Source: Hydrolagus affinis
Taxonomy: Eukaryota
Assembly: GCA_012026655.1 (NCBI GenBank)
Contig: JAAILG010001249.1
Span: forward strand, 1-64,000
Reading direction: 5' to 3'
Length of the DNA: 64,000 nucleotides
A model generated the notes under the pieces. That model did no database searches, was not told the origin of the DNA, and worked only from the letters and a program-made list of their open reading frames with translations. Made by a program: the position numbers and the translations under genes. Positions 62,760 to 64,000 of this stretch are shown here, piece by piece; position 1 is the first letter of the stretch, and every line of letters begins with the position of its first letter.

Positions 62760-63160
62760 CAGCTTTGGTAGCACTTTCTTCCTCTGGGTCAGAAGGTTGT
62801 GGATTCAAGCCTCACTCGTATCTCACTCTCATACCGAGAGCTCCCGGCACAGGCTGGCGTTTGTGAGTTGCGGTGCTGTTCGGGTGGGGGGGGTATGTGG
62901 ACAGCGCTGTTTTGTCATCTGTGCCTGTTTAGCTGAAGATCCCGCGGCGCTACTTGAAAAGAGACAAAAGTTTCTCCCGATGTTCTGGCCGACAATCCCC
63001 GCCCCCACAAGTAAACTCTCTCATTCGCCCCATGGCTGTTTGTGGGACATGCTGTGTGCGCATTGTTTTGCATACATATTACACAGTCACTCCGCTTTAC
63101 TGTACATCCTGCAAAGGTTGGTTGTACGATGTACAAGGCACTGTATAAAATGTAAGGACC
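62760..63160 (+). mobile_element. Older Deu-domain SINE, degraded full length (another at ~61930-62240)
   Basis: Head ggtagcact..cctctgggtcagaaggttgtggattcaagcc, Deu remnants aagatcccgcggc..tttctcccgatgttctggcc, and tail. Confidence 0.65.
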
Positions 63161-63874
63161 GTTTATTTAATCTCTCGATCCAGCCTTATTAGCCCTTGTC
63201 GCGAATGAGTTCAAAAACCTGCTGGGTCATGACAGAATTCCTTCTAAACTCTCCCCCAACGTTCCTGTCTAACTGTGCAGAAAACATGTCCCTTTGTCAC
63301 CCAACTCCCCCAAGTGAAGCGAATCCTCAGCTGAACAGCTTCCAATGACCCCGAATCCTCTCGACCCGATTCCCTTTTCCCGCAGCCGGCCACTGTTTAC
63401 GGAATAATAATATCGACATTCGTTTCCTGCGACATGCTTTTGTTGAAGTCATGTAAGTTGCGGCTTTAACTTGTGAGTCACGCGCTGCTTTCCCTTTCGG
63501 TTCGGCCCGGATTAAACCCCCCAGCCTTATACCGGTTTCTTATCCTGTGGCGGAAATTTGACAGGGTGAAAAAAATTGAGAACGAGAGGAGGGAGAGTGA
63601 GGAATAAAGTTGCTGGAGGTGACATATTTAAGCCACTTCCAACATTCCAGGGAGTGGGGCTTTCAACCTCGTCAACTGGCCAATAAATGAATTGTTCATT
63701 GTCGCGGTTGGATTTTATTCAGACAATCTCGATTTGAGATCGAGCACAAATCCTTGGCTGTATCTCCACCCCGGGTTTTGATCTCATAATCCAAGCCGAC
63801 CCTGGTGTTTGTGGGACACTTACAGTGCTCAACTGGCTTCCACATTTCGCCCACAAAATAATAATAATACGACA

Positions 63875-64000
63875 TAATAATAATCCTTGCATTGGATACA
63901 GTGCTTTCCACGTCTTCTAGACGTCTCAAAGCACTTCACAGAATATACTGTAAAGTGAATTGACTGTATATCTGTGGGCGAAATGTGGCAGCCAATTGCG
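63875..64000 (-). mobile_element. SINE 3' half, runs off the end of the window
   Basis: ataataataatccttgcatt..ctagacgtctcaaagcacttcacagaatatactgtaaagtgaattgactg. Confidence 0.9.

Noticed and set aside
1-64000. CRISPR arrays, prokaryotic operons, rRNA or additional protein-coding genes (e.g. KCNJ16, SOX9)
   Set aside because: No regularly spaced repeats or recognisable coding sequence beyond KCNJ2 and retroelement remnants. Small spliced exons or lncRNAs cannot be excluded by eye.

Overview
Vertebrate genomic DNA, most likely a cartilaginous fish such as a chimaera/elephant shark. This is inferred from the repeat complement and the protein sequence and is not verified. The only protein-coding gene I can support is the intronless coding exon of the inward-rectifier K+ channel Kir2.1 (KCNJ2, ATG 4512 to stop 5801, 429 aa). 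It is preceded by a splice acceptor at 4305 and followed by a probable ~4.8-kb 3'UTR ending near AATAAA 10626. The remaining ~53 kb is gene-free and probably the start of the KCNJ2-SOX9 gene desert, by analogy with other vertebrates. It is dense in tRNA-derived Deu-type SINEs, CR1 and L2 LINE 3' fragments and microsatellites, and has three 100-N assembly gaps. Two observations stand out. (1) An open, in-frame 5' extension of KCNJ2 with a candidate CUG start encodes an amphipathic peptide resembling a mitochondrial presequence; it appears similar at the amino-acid level to the human 5'UTR, which I recall from memory only. (2) A ~250-bp terminal-inverted-repeat element has telomere-like internal repeats and an unusual 15-bp target-site duplication. 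Repeat boundaries are approximate (read by eye).
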